A stretch of 64,000 nucleotides of DNA from Clostridia bacterium (GTDB taxonomy: Bacteria > Bacillota > Clostridia > Saccharofermentanales > UBA5734): positions 1,564,400 to 1,628,399 of the forward strand of contig JAXGZQ010000001.1 of NCBI GenBank assembly GCA_040776905.1, read 5' to 3'. The first letter of the stretch is position 1. Each line of letters opens with the position of its first letter. A program made the position numbers and the translations under genes. The notes under the pieces were generated by a model. That model did no database searches, was not told where the DNA came from, and saw only the letters and a list, made by a program, of their open reading frames with translations. Shown here piece by piece: positions 18,305 to 28,046 of the stretch.

Positions 18305-20161
18305 ATGAAATGTAGACTGCCATGGGTGATCATGCTGCTGATCGTCATGCTGCTGGCCGGATGCCGGCAGCCGGTCAGTTCAATGACAGAAAGAACAGAG
18401 CCGCAGGCGACCGTTCCGGTTGTAACGGATCCATCTGAAACAACTGAAACCACACCGGCCGGCGAATCAACACCTGAGCCGCAAGCGGCCTTCCCGAACA
18501 CGCCGATCTGGCATCTGTCCCATGAACTGACCGGTACCATTCATCTGGACCAGATCGGATATCGTCCAGCTGACCGGAAGATCGCTGTTATTGAGAACTA
18601 CAGCGGTCCGTTTCGCGTGATTCACGCGGACAATGATGAACTAGTTCTGGAGGGTGACACGTCAACATGCTCGCCGGTCGATCCATCCACTAGACAGACG
18701 CTGTCAACCGCTGACTTTTCCGGGCTTGACACGACTGGCCGCTATTACCTGCTATTGCCGGAAGTCGGACGTTCCTGGCCGTTTGAGATCGCGGACAACG
18801 TGTACAGGGAAGTGGCAGACAGCCTGTTCAGATTTCTCTATCTGCAGCGCTGTGGAATCGAGTTGGATGAAACGATCGCCGGTGTCCATGCTCATCCGGC
18901 CTGTCATCTGGATGCTCCGGTTCTGTATGAAAATCAGGAGATCGCCGTCAATCTTTCCGGAGGATGGCATGATGCCGGCGACTATGGACGATATAGCGTT
19001 CCAACCGCGAAGACCATTGCGGATCTGCTGCTGACACACCAGTTTTTTCCGGAAGCCTATGCCGATCAAAGTGGTATTCCCGAGAGTGGCGACAGCCTGC
19101 CGGATCTGCTGAATGAAGCGAAAATCGGACTTTCATTTCTCATGCAGATGCAGGCGGAAGACGGCGGTATCCACCATAAAGTGAGTGCGACTGCCTTTCC
19201 CGGAAACCTGCTGCCGCACAGCGACCACATGCAGCAGTACATCCTGCCCGTATCGTCACCCGCGACCGCGTCTGGCGCTGCGGTTCTGGCGATGGCCGGA
19301 CGTCTTTATGCCGACACGGATCCGATTTTCGCGTCATCAGCCACGGCGGCGGCTCGTCTGGCCTGGCGCTGGCTTGAAACACATCCGCAAGCCGTCCCCT
19401 TTCGCAATCCATCCGGTGTGGTCACCGGTGAATACGGTGATCTGGCGGATCAGGATGAACGAGCCTGGGCGGCAGCGGAGCTTTTCACCCTGACCGGTGA
19501 ACCCAGCTTCCGGGAAGCCTTTGACCGCTGGTCGGCTGATATTGGGGCCGATCGCTTCGGATTCGGCTGGCAGTCAGTCGGCGGCTACGCGGCCATTTCC
19601 AGACTGATGAACGGATCGGACGACGCAGCCGCGAATCCTGATCTGCGTTCAGCGTTTATGGATCAAGCCGATCGTCTGGCTGAGTTCAGCCGGCAGGATG
19701 GCCATCAGGCGATCCTGTCAGTTGATGATTATGGCTGGGGCAGTAATATGACACTGCTGAATCGGGCTATGCACCTGATTCTGGCCGGCCGCTTGAGCGG
19801 TCAGGGCGAATGGGATGAGATCGCGCTGGATCAGCTGCATTATCTGTTTGGGCGTAATGGACTGGGGCAGGTTTATCTGACCGGATTCGGCAGTCAGCCT
19901 GTGCGTTATCCTCATCATCGCCCGTCACTGGCCCTTTTGCAGCATGCTCCGGTTCCCGGCATGGTCGCCGGCGGCCCGAATATCCATCGTGAAGATCCTG
20001 CCGCGGAAATTCTGATCAAAGAAGGCAGCCCACCAGCTCTGGCCTATATCGATCAGTCCAGCACCTACTCAACCAATGAGGTCACCATTTACTGGAATTC
20101 CCCCGCGATTTTTGTGATCGCGGCTTTTACTGACGAAGTGAGATTGGAGACAAATCAATGA
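18305..20161 (+). CDS. glycoside hydrolase family 9 endoglucanase-like lipoprotein
   Basis: Lipobox LLAGC. GH9 signatures GGWHDAGDYGRY, DERAWAAAELF, HHRPS and GGPN. N-terminal Ig-like (CelD_N-type) domain. Confidence 0.9.
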   Translation: MKCRLPWVIMLLIVMLLAGCRQPVSSMTERTEPQATVPVVTDPSETTETTPAGESTPEPQAAFPNTPIWHLSHELTGTIHLDQIGYRPADRKIAVIENYSGPFRVIHADNDELVLEGDTSTCSPVDPSTRQTLSTADFSGLDTTGRYYLLLPEVGRSWPFEIADNVYREVADSLFRFLYLQRCGIELDETIAGVHAHPACHLDAPVLYENQEIAVNLSGGWHDAGDYGRYSVPTAKTIADLLLTHQFFPEAYADQSGIPESGDSLPDLLNEAKIGLSFLMQMQAEDGGIHHKVSATAFPGNLLPHSDHMQQYILPVSSPATASGAAVLAMAGRLYADTDPIFASSATAAARLAWRWLETHPQAVPFRNPSGVVTGEYGDLADQDERAWAAAELFTLTGEPSFREAFDRWSADIGADRFGFGWQSVGGYAAISRLMNGSDDAAANPDLRSAFMDQADRLAEFSRQDGHQAILSVDDYGWGSNMTLLNRAMHLILAGRLSGQGEWDEIALDQLHYLFGRNGLGQVYLTGFGSQPVRYPHHRPSLALLQHAPVPGMVAGGPNIHREDPAAEILIKEGSPPALAYIDQSSTYSTNEVTIYWNSPAIFVIAAFTDEVRLETNQ

Positions 20162-20757
20162 AGACATGGCTGAAAAAAGTGAATCGCGGACTGATTCTGA
20201 CCCTGGTGGCGATTTTGGCTGTCACTGTCTATCTGACCGCGTTGAGTATCGCGCAGAACCGACAAAAAACCAGGATCGAAGCGATCTGCCGTGATTATAT
20301 CGCGCTGGAAGCCGCCTGGCAGAAACTGCCGGCGGATATCGATCTGGCGGACCTGCCTCTGAGCGATGAGGAACAGGCCGCACACTTCAGCCAGCTGAGA
20401 ACGGAACTGGCGCCCTACTACATTCAGGATGAACAGATTCTTGATCTCGCCGTTCAGAGGATCAGCGACGCGCTGCGCCTGCAAATGAACGGAGGAACGG
20501 TTCTTACCTCCTATGAGAAGACGGTGACAGCATTCAGCGGATTTCAGTTCGATGGCCAGCGCGTCACCGTGGAGATCACCACGCAGACCGCGGTCGAGCA
20601 GGTTGATCCGGGCCGGCCGGACGCGATGCCGCAGCGGTTTGCCGGGTCCATCACCGACTCGATCACCCTGCAGCGCGAAGGCGATACCTGGCGGCTGCTG
20701 AACGCGTCGCTCAATTTGCCCTGGCAGTCGTCGTACCGCGAAAAATTCGGCGGATAA
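20158..20757 (+). CDS. hypothetical membrane-anchored protein
   Basis: ATGA overlap with the GH9 stop. One N-terminal TM helix. No recognisable domain. Confidence 0.6.
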   Translation: MKTWLKKVNRGLILTLVAILAVTVYLTALSIAQNRQKTRIEAICRDYIALEAAWQKLPADIDLADLPLSDEEQAAHFSQLRTELAPYYIQDEQILDLAVQRISDALRLQMNGGTVLTSYEKTVTAFSGFQFDGQRVTVEITTQTAVEQVDPGRPDAMPQRFAGSITDSITLQREGDTWRLLNASLNLPWQSSYREKFGG

Positions 20758-20776
20758 ACAAAGATTGGATGGTAAT

Positions 20777-21706
20777 ATGATGGACACCATTTTGCAGATC
20801 AGACAGTTGGAGAAGTCATTCGGACGGCGCAAAATTATTGATAAGATCAGTTTTGACGTCCAGGCCGGCGAGGTGTTCGGTTTTCTCGGGCCTAACGGCG
20901 CAGGCAAAACAACCACGTTGAAAATGGTGATGGGTTTTCTTCAGCCGGACGGCGGCGACATTGTGATCAACGGGTTTGACCTGAAGCATCATTATGAAAC
21001 CGCCATGGGATCGCTCGGCGGTATTGTGGAAAATCCTGAGCTTTATCAGGATCTATCGGGACGGGTCAATCTGAAAATGTACGCCCGGCTGCATGACGAT
21101 GTGACCAATGACCGGATCATGGAAGTCGCGGCCATGGTCGGGATGCAGGGCCGCCTTGATGAGAAAGTAAAAAAGTATTCTCTGGGCATGAAGCAGCGGA
21201 TCGGGCTGGCGCAGGCCCTGCTGCATCGTCCCAAACTGCTGATTCTTGATGAGCCGACCAACGGGCTCGATCCTGCCGGTATCAGGGAACTGCGTGACAT
21301 TCTTAAACGCCTGGCACATGAAGAGCATGTCGCTGTGGTGGTCTCCAGCCATCTGCTCAGCGAGATGCAGCTGATGTGCGACCGGGTCGCGATCATTCAC
21401 CTCGGCCGACTGCTCGGGGTGCGTACCATCCGTGAATTGACGGATCTTTCCCGGCAGACGACGGTTTATCGGATTTTGACCCCCGAGGCACAGGCTGCGG
21501 CTGAAATCCTGCGGCCGGCTTATGGCGAAGGGATCGGCGAGCTGTCCGAACAGGGGCTGGACCTGGAGGTCGCGACGGACCGTGTTCCCGCGGTCATCCG
21601 GCTGTTGGCGATGAAGGGGGTTGACTTGTACGGGGTGACCCGTCTGGAAAGCTCCCTGGAAGACGCGTTCCTGCAGGTGACGGGTGGAGGGTTGAACATT
21701 GAATAA
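20777..21706 (+). CDS. ABC transporter ATP-binding protein (ABC-2/bacitracin-type)
   Basis: Walker A GPNGAGKTT, signature LSLGMKQR-like, and Walker B LLILDEPT. Start uncertain among 20765/20777/20780. Confidence 0.9.
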   Translation: MMDTILQIRQLEKSFGRRKIIDKISFDVQAGEVFGFLGPNGAGKTTTLKMVMGFLQPDGGDIVINGFDLKHHYETAMGSLGGIVENPELYQDLSGRVNLKMYARLHDDVTNDRIMEVAAMVGMQGRLDEKVKKYSLGMKQRIGLAQALLHRPKLLILDEPTNGLDPAGIRELRDILKRLAHEEHVAVVVSSHLLSEMQLMCDRVAIIHLGRLLGVRTIRELTDLSRQTTVYRILTPEAQAAAEILRPAYGEGIGELSEQGLDLEVATDRVPAVIRLLAMKGVDLYGVTRLESSLEDAFLQVTGGGLNIE

Positions 21707-23261
21707 GATTATTGCGCTCTATCAGAATGAGATGATAAAGATTTCCAAAAAGATCAGCCTGGTTGTGATTTTGGCCCTGATGATCTGTGGCGTGGTCGGA
21801 CTGGCGGGCCTGATGAAATTCCAGCAGTCACAACAGGAACGGTATCGAAATGAACAGGGTCATGAACCGGACTGGGCCGCGGAGGAAATGAAGTATCAGC
21901 TGGATATGTTTCACGAGCAGGAAGACAGTCTGACAGCCCAGATTGACGCGATGGATCCCGATGCCGATGATGATCGTCTGTTCGGGCTGGAGGAAGAACT
22001 GCGTTATGTGCGCCGCCAGATCAACCAGATTGAACTGGCGATGGAATATGACGTCGGACTTTATGATGAACAGAGTTTTCTCAATGATGTGATCAATCTG
22101 CTGCCGGACCTATGGGCTGAAGAGCAGCGGCTGCAGGCATTGCCGCCGGAGCTTCGTCCCGCGGACTGGACAGAGCAGGTGGCCGTGGTCCAGCAGGAGG
22201 AAAGCGCTTACCGTGAGGTTCTGGAGAGTCGTAATTTCCATGACTACATTGAATTGGTTTGGCAGGGACTTCCGCGGTCCGGTATGACCGATGCGATGAT
22301 CCTGATTGAACAGGAGCGGCTGGACCTGTGGTATACGCTTGACCCGAGCGGCGGAATGTCCGGGGATATGGATTACAACCAGGTCAGAATGGTGCTGGAC
22401 CAGCGGGTTTCGCTGCGCCGGTCCATGCTGGAACGGATCGATTATACCAGCAGCCAGGGTCCCGTGCCGATGACACCGGACCGCTATGCGGAACTGGAGA
22501 ATCAGCTGGCTGTTCTCGATTACCGGATTGAGAACAATGTGCTGTCATCGTCGTCCTATGAGCAGTCGTTTTCTGATATGGCAGTTAGCAGCATGGCCGG
22601 CTTTGGCATGTTCATGGTGGTGATGATGATGCTGATCCTGGCCGGCGGCGCGATCTCGCAGGAAATGGCGACAGGATCAATCAAGTCGCTGATCATCGCT
22701 CCCGTCCGCCGCTGGAAAATATTCACGGCAAAGGTTCTCTCCCTGGTCAGTGTCAGTTTGATCGCGACGATTCTGCTTTATCTGGTGATGATCCTGACAC
22801 ATGGACTGATGTTCGGATTTAGCAGCGGGCAGCCGTATATTTTTGCCAGTCATGGCCAGGCAGGCGCGCTTTCATTCGCGATCTACCAGCTGGCTTCGCT
22901 GCTGGTCCGCTGGATTAGTGTTCTGGTCTTCATCGCACTCGCGCTGATGCTTTCAGTCGTGACGCGGAACACCGCGGCTGCTGTCGGCATCTCAATGGCG
23001 ATTTTCTTCGGCCATCAGCTGATTGGTTCATTCCTCATGTTTCTGCCCCGCAGCGAATGGGTCAAATTCATTCCGTTCGAGCACTTCAGCCTGCTGCCGC
23101 GCTTTTTCCCATTCGCCGACAGCGGCGGATCTTTCATAACAGGAGCGATGTCCCAGACGCCGCGGACCACCCTGCTGTTTTCCCTGTTGTATCTGCTGGT
23201 GCTCCTGATCTGCATGGGCTATACCGCGCTGGATTCGTTCAGCCGGCGTGATATCAAATAA
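21699..23261 (+). CDS. ABC-2 family permease with a large extracytoplasmic N-terminal loop
   Basis: TTG start with GGTGGAGGG SD, overlapping the ATPase stop. One TM, then a ~270-aa soluble region, then 5 TM helices. Confidence 0.75.
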   Translation: MNKIIALYQNEMIKISKKISLVVILALMICGVVGLAGLMKFQQSQQERYRNEQGHEPDWAAEEMKYQLDMFHEQEDSLTAQIDAMDPDADDDRLFGLEEELRYVRRQINQIELAMEYDVGLYDEQSFLNDVINLLPDLWAEEQRLQALPPELRPADWTEQVAVVQQEESAYREVLESRNFHDYIELVWQGLPRSGMTDAMILIEQERLDLWYTLDPSGGMSGDMDYNQVRMVLDQRVSLRRSMLERIDYTSSQGPVPMTPDRYAELENQLAVLDYRIENNVLSSSSYEQSFSDMAVSSMAGFGMFMVVMMMLILAGGAISQEMATGSIKSLIIAPVRRWKIFTAKVLSLVSVSLIATILLYLVMILTHGLMFGFSSGQPYIFASHGQAGALSFAIYQLASLLVRWISVLVFIALALMLSVVTRNTAAAVGISMAIFFGHQLIGSFLMFLPRSEWVKFIPFEHFSLLPRFFPFADSGGSFITGAMSQTPRTTLLFSLLYLLVLLICMGYTALDSFSRRDIK

Positions 23262-23391
23262 CCGGCTGGATCGGACCTAATCAATTCCCGCTGATTCCCT
23301 CTGTACGAAATCGCTTTAATCAGGTAAAATGCTAAAGGGTTATGATGAACCAGGGTAATGGTTCACAACATGAATTTGGAGGAGACATCAC

Positions 23392-24204
23392 GTGAGAAAA
23401 TTTTATCGACTGATTCTGGCAGGGCTGCTGATGGCGGCGCTGGTTCTGACTGGCTGCGGTGCCTCAGAGGGTAAAGATGATTCACTCAAAGCGGTTCGCG
23501 ACAAGGGCGAACTGGTGATGGGACTGGACGACGCGTTCCCGCCCATGGGATTCCGTGACGATGAAAATGAGCTGGTCGGATTTGATATCGATGTAGCCAA
23601 AGAAGTCGCCAGCCGGATGGAGATTGAACTGCGCCTGCAGCCGATCGACTGGACGCAGAATGTCAGTGAACTGGCCAGCGGCCAGATTGACTGCATCTGG
23701 AACGGCTATACGATCACGGACGAGCGGGCGGAACAAGTCAATTTCAGCGAACCGTACATGAGAAACCGGCAGGTGATTGTGGTCCGCAGTGAATCTGATG
23801 TTGAGACACTCGACGATCTCGCCGGTCTCAAACTGGTCCTGCAGGCCGGCTCGAGTGCCGTCTCGGCTCTGGAGAAGGCTGAAGAGCTCAAGGACTCGCT
23901 GGCTGAAGTGGTTGAGCTGAAGGACAATGTCACGGCATTTCTTGATCTACAGTCCGGCGCGACCGACGCGCTGCTGATTGACGAGATTGTCGCCAATTAC
24001 TATATCACCACGAATTCGGCCGATTTCCGGGTGCTCGATGAGAGTCTGGCTGAAGAGGAGTTCGGCATCGGTTTCCGCAAAAATGACCAGGCGCTGCGCG
24101 ATGAAGTGCAGAAGACACTGGAAGCGATGCAGGCGGATGGAACACTGGCAGAAATTTCGGACAAATGGTTCAATGTTGATCTGACAACGATCAAAGCGCC
24201 TTAA
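23392..24204 (+). CDS. amino-acid ABC transporter substrate-binding lipoprotein
   Basis: Lipobox LTGCGA. Type-3 SBP motifs (GFDIDVAKEVA, WNGYTIT). GTG start with GGAGGAG SD. Confidence 0.9.
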   Translation: MRKFYRLILAGLLMAALVLTGCGASEGKDDSLKAVRDKGELVMGLDDAFPPMGFRDDENELVGFDIDVAKEVASRMEIELRLQPIDWTQNVSELASGQIDCIWNGYTITDERAEQVNFSEPYMRNRQVIVVRSESDVETLDDLAGLKLVLQAGSSAVSALEKAEELKDSLAEVVELKDNVTAFLDLQSGATDALLIDEIVANYYITTNSADFRVLDESLAEEEFGIGFRKNDQALRDEVQKTLEAMQADGTLAEISDKWFNVDLTTIKAP

Positions 24205-24212
24205 GAACCGCT

Positions 24213-24857
24213 ATGGATTATCCATCGATTATTTTGTATCTTTTGCAGGGAACGGGCAAGGCCATCCAGGTCTTCGCCCTGACCCTGCTTTTTTCTGTCC
24301 CGCTCGGGATGCTGGTGGCCCAGCTGCGCATGATGAAGAATCCACTGATCCAGCTGCCGGTGCGGCTGTATCTGCTGGTGATGCGCGGGACACCCCTGCT
24401 GCTGCAGCTGGTTTTTTTCATGTATTTCCCACCGTTTGTCCTCGGGATCAGTGTCGATCGTTTTTTCGCGGCGATCCTGACTTTCTCACTGAACTACGCG
24501 GCGTATTTCGCGGAAATATTCCGGGGTGGTATTGAATCTATTCCGGTCGGCCAGAGTGAAGCGGCGCAGGTCCTGGGATTTTCCCGCTGGAAAACGTTCC
24601 GGCTGATCATCCTGCCTCAGGTTATCAAGCGCATTCTGCCGGCCAGCGCCAATGAATGCATGACCCTCGTCAAGGATACCGCGCTGGCCCAGGTCATCGG
24701 TGTGGCAGAACTGTTTCGCGCGTCCAACAATGTGATGTCGCGTGAATTCTCGGTTATCCCGATTGTGATCGCCGGTCTATTTTACCTGGCAATGAATGGT
24801 GTGGTTGCTTCGGTATTTTCCCGTGCCGAGAAAAAAATGAGTTACTACAGGAGCTGA
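24213..24857 (+). CDS. amino-acid ABC transporter permease (HisM/GlnP type)
   Basis: 214 aa, 5 TM, with an EAA-like loop ([21 protein letters not shown]). Confidence 0.9.
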   Translation: MDYPSIILYLLQGTGKAIQVFALTLLFSVPLGMLVAQLRMMKNPLIQLPVRLYLLVMRGTPLLLQLVFFMYFPPFVLGISVDRFFAAILTFSLNYAAYFAEIFRGGIESIPVGQSEAAQVLGFSRWKTFRLIILPQVIKRILPASANECMTLVKDTALAQVIGVAELFRASNNVMSREFSVIPIVIAGLFYLAMNGVVASVFSRAEKKMSYYRS

Positions 24858-24858
24858 C

Positions 24859-25704
24859 ATGGCAATACTGAATCAACCCGCTGATCTGACGACTCCGCTC
24901 CGGCCGGCCATCGAGGTTCGCGGCCTGCGAAAATCTTTTGACACACTTGAGGTCCTGCGTGACATTTCCTTTGATGTCGCGCTCGGCGAAGTGGTCGCGG
25001 TCATCGGGCCGTCCGGTTCCGGCAAATCAACCCTGCTTCGCCTGATCAACCAGCTGGAGATCGCTGACCAGGGCCTGATCGCGATCAATGGTGAGGCAAT
25101 CTGCCGGCCGGACCCGGGCAACGCCCGTCCGGATGACGCGCCGGCCGTCTACGCGGACAGCCGCGTACTGCGCCGCTGTGGCCTGCAGATCGGCCTGGTC
25201 TTTCAGAATTTCAATCTGTTTCCCCATTTCAGTATTCTGCGCAATATCATGGAGGCACCGGTCCAGGTGCTGGGAATCAGCCGTCCTGCCGCCGAGACGG
25301 TCGCCCGCAGGCAATTGGAGCGCCTCGGCCTGGCGGATAAAGCAGACGCTTTTCCCTGGCAGCTGTCCGGCGGGCAGCAGCAGCGTGCGGCGATCGCGCG
25401 GGCTCTGGCACTCAATCCGACCGTCCTCTTTTTTGATGAACCGACCTCGGCACTCGATCCTGAACTGACCGGTGAGGTTCTGCGGGTGATCCGCTCCCTG
25501 GCGGATGAAAAGATGACAATGGTCGTGGTGACACATGAAATGGCGTTCGCGCGGGATCTGGCCGACCGCATTGTCTTCATGGATCAGGGTGTTATCATAG
25601 AACAGGGGCCGCCGGAGCAGGTGTTTACCTCGCTCAATCCGCGGACCCGCCAGTTTCTGCAGCATTACGAGGATCAGAACAGCCGCATGTCAGCCGGGCT
25701 GTGA
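24859..25704 (+). CDS. amino-acid ABC transporter ATP-binding protein with an internal insertion
   Basis: Walker [18 protein letters not shown] and Walker [11 protein letters not shown]. An extra ~25 aa ([24 protein letters not shown]) relative to the usual GlnQ layout. Confidence 0.9.
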   Translation: MAILNQPADLTTPLRPAIEVRGLRKSFDTLEVLRDISFDVALGEVVAVIGPSGSGKSTLLRLINQLEIADQGLIAINGEAICRPDPGNARPDDAPAVYADSRVLRRCGLQIGLVFQNFNLFPHFSILRNIMEAPVQVLGISRPAAETVARRQLERLGLADKADAFPWQLSGGQQQRAAIARALALNPTVLFFDEPTSALDPELTGEVLRVIRSLADEKMTMVVVTHEMAFARDLADRIVFMDQGVIIEQGPPEQVFTSLNPRTRQFLQHYEDQNSRMSAGL

Positions 25705-25723
25705 CAGAAGGAGGACCATGACC

Positions 25724-27754
25724 ATGACACAGAATCAATGGTGGAAAAATCATCACTGGCGCTTCATCCAGACGAACCTGCGTGAGATCGATATGCAGGA
25801 TATCGACGCGAAGCAGTATGTTCAGGATATGTTGTCGTTTGGGGCGACCGTCGCCATGATCAATACATCCGGCATCATTGCCAGCTACCCGACAAAGCTG
25901 CCGTATCATTACCAGAGTCCCTATCTGACCGGCGACAGCCTGAAAACAATCATCGAAGCGTGCCATGCCCATGGCATCCGGGTGATGGCCCGCACTGATT
26001 TTTCCAAAGTCCGCCGGGTGATCTACGAACAGCATCCTGATTGGGCTTTTGTCGATACAGATGGCCAGATCGTCGATTATGAAGGTGATGTCCATGTCTG
26101 CATCAACAGTGAATACCAGCAGACATATGCGCTGGAAATTATCCGCGAAACCCTGACGGAACTGGATGTTGACGGAATCTTCTTTAATATGGGCGGTTAT
26201 GTATCGGGTGATTACAGCGGCCGTCAGCATGGCATCTGCCAGTGTGGCAGCTGCCGGCGCCGCTTCCGCGAGATGACCGGAAATGAACTGCCCCGTCAGG
26301 CAGACCTGGCTGATCCGGTTTATCGCTCGTATTTGATGTTCAGACGTGAAACGACGACCGCTTATAACCGCAAGGTCTGCGAGTTTATCAAATCCATCCG
26401 GCCGGATGTTCTGATCAATCATGATACCTATACGGAAGACAGTGGTTTTATCCGTCAGGAGTCCAACACTGCCTGGGATCGCGCGCTGCCGCACTGGCAG
26501 TACAGCGGCTCTGAAAACACAAAATGGGTGCGCGGCTCATTTCCGACCTTTATTTCGAGCAATACGACCGTCGATTTTATTGATTTTCCCAGCCGCCATG
26601 TGGCCGTTTCCCCCTGGCAGCAGGCACTGCGGCTTTATCAGGGCCTGGCCAACGGCGGGATGCCTGATTATTATCTGATCGGTCGGCTTGACAATCACCG
26701 GGACCGGTCGGGCTTTGAACCGATCCGCCAGGCTTTTCAGTTCCATGCCCGTCATCAGGAACTGTTCCGTGATCTGAGGGGCGATTGCCGGACGGTGATT
26801 CTGGCCGGCGATCACTGGGGCGGTCATGGCGACGGCGACATGCAGGAATTTTTCGGCTTGTACCGGGCTCTGACAGAAGCACATCATCTGTTTGATGTGA
26901 TGCTTCTCAGCCAGGTGGTACGGCAGGGCCTTGCGAAGTATCAGACGATCATACTGCCCGGTTGTGCCGCGCTGGCGGCGGAGACCGCCACCGTCATCGA
27001 TCAGGCGGTACATCAGGGCGCGACGCTGATCAGCAGCGGACTGACCGGGCGGCGCGATGAACGGCTCGATGAATTATCCGAGAACGCACTGGCGTGTCTG
27101 AGAGGCGTCAAGCCGCTGGCGGAGCGTCCGGCCCGCGGTGCCTATTTCCAGCTTGACGATCATGCCTGGACCGAAGCACTCAATGACACTGACCTGATCA
27201 CAATCGACGGGGATTATTTCTATGCGGAGTATCCGGCGAACGCTGAGCGTTACGGCCGGCTGATTCCACCACAGCCTTACGGTCCGCCGGAGCGCTGCTA
27301 TTCACTGTATCCGGCAACAGACTACCCGGCGGCGGCCCGTCTGCCTTACGGGCAGGGCACAGTTATCCTGCTGCCCTGGCAGCCCGGACGGCTGTTTCAG
27401 CGTCAGGGCTATGCCAATACCGCGGCGTTTCTGAGCGATGTCCTGATTCGGATCGCTGAGCTGCAGCCGATTGGCGGCAATCTTCCGCCGATGGTTGAGA
27501 CAACTCTGCTGCATCGGGATGGTGAAGATTTCAGGCTGCTCTGCCTGGTCAACGGCAGCGGTCATTTCGGCAACAGCTTCTACAAACCACTGACATTGAC
27601 GGATCTACGGGTACAGGTTCCGTTTCAGGCGAAGACGGTCCGTTCAGTGACCCGGCTGAGTGACGGTGAAGCGCTGACATTCAGCTGGCAGGAAGAGCGG
27701 CTGACGATCGAAGTTGACCGGTTGGAGGCCTTTGACGCTTTACTGATCCGTTGA
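25724..27754 (+). CDS. GH42-like/GHL6-like putative glycosidase-fold protein, paralogue A
   Basis: Aligns by eye with the three ORFs at 39250-45689 (W..R.IQTNL, ACHAHGIRV, ARTDF, HPDW, DGIFFN, CQCGSC). The middle domain resembles the GH42 trimerisation/GATase-like domain (TIILPGCAAL...GATLISSG). No signal peptide. Confidence 0.7.
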   Translation: MTQNQWWKNHHWRFIQTNLREIDMQDIDAKQYVQDMLSFGATVAMINTSGIIASYPTKLPYHYQSPYLTGDSLKTIIEACHAHGIRVMARTDFSKVRRVIYEQHPDWAFVDTDGQIVDYEGDVHVCINSEYQQTYALEIIRETLTELDVDGIFFNMGGYVSGDYSGRQHGICQCGSCRRRFREMTGNELPRQADLADPVYRSYLMFRRETTTAYNRKVCEFIKSIRPDVLINHDTYTEDSGFIRQESNTAWDRALPHWQYSGSENTKWVRGSFPTFISSNTTVDFIDFPSRHVAVSPWQQALRLYQGLANGGMPDYYLIGRLDNHRDRSGFEPIRQAFQFHARHQELFRDLRGDCRTVILAGDHWGGHGDGDMQEFFGLYRALTEAHHLFDVMLLSQVVRQGLAKYQTIILPGCAALAAETATVIDQAVHQGATLISSGLTGRRDERLDELSENALACLRGVKPLAERPARGAYFQLDDHAWTEALNDTDLITIDGDYFYAEYPANAERYGRLIPPQPYGPPERCYSLYPATDYPAAARLPYGQGTVILLPWQPGRLFQRQGYANTAAFLSDVLIRIAELQPIGGNLPPMVETTLLHRDGEDFRLLCLVNGSGHFGNSFYKPLTLTDLRVQVPFQAKTVRSVTRLSDGEALTFSWQEERLTIEVDRLEAFDALLIR

Positions 27755-27809
27755 AACAACACTTGACTCTGACAGGCACTGAATGAAGACCGGGTACTGA
27801 AACCGCGCC

Positions 27810-28046
27810 TTACTCTTTGCGAAAAATATCGAGTGTGTGATGAGAGAAGCCAATCAGGTCGGGTCGTTCGCAGGTCGCGAAATGATAGCTGAGAAACAGC
27901 TGATAATCATCCTCATCCATTTCCGCGAGGGCCTCACGCATGTGATTGGCATAGCCGTCTGTCGCGACAAAATGCAGCTGCGAGACATTAAATGGCCGCC
28001 TCAGGGCGTTTGCCGACTTAGCCGCGTTTGACTCAGCGATAAGAGC
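27810..28046 (-). pseudogene. orphan C-terminal ORF fragment without a usable start codon
   Basis: The minus-strand frame is open from TAG (28047-28049) to TAA (27810-27812): ...ALRRPFNVSQLHFVATDGYANHMREALAEMDEDDYQLFLSYHFATCERPDLIGFSHHTLDIFRKE*. No in-frame ATG/GTG/TTG occurs before the internal Met, and there is no SD. Confidence 0.25.

Noticed and set aside
27837-28031. 64-aa plus-strand ORF in the gap after GH42-like gene A
   Set aside because: It has no SD. The opposite strand carries a more protein-like, though start-less, frame. It is probably an antisense shadow of that remnant.
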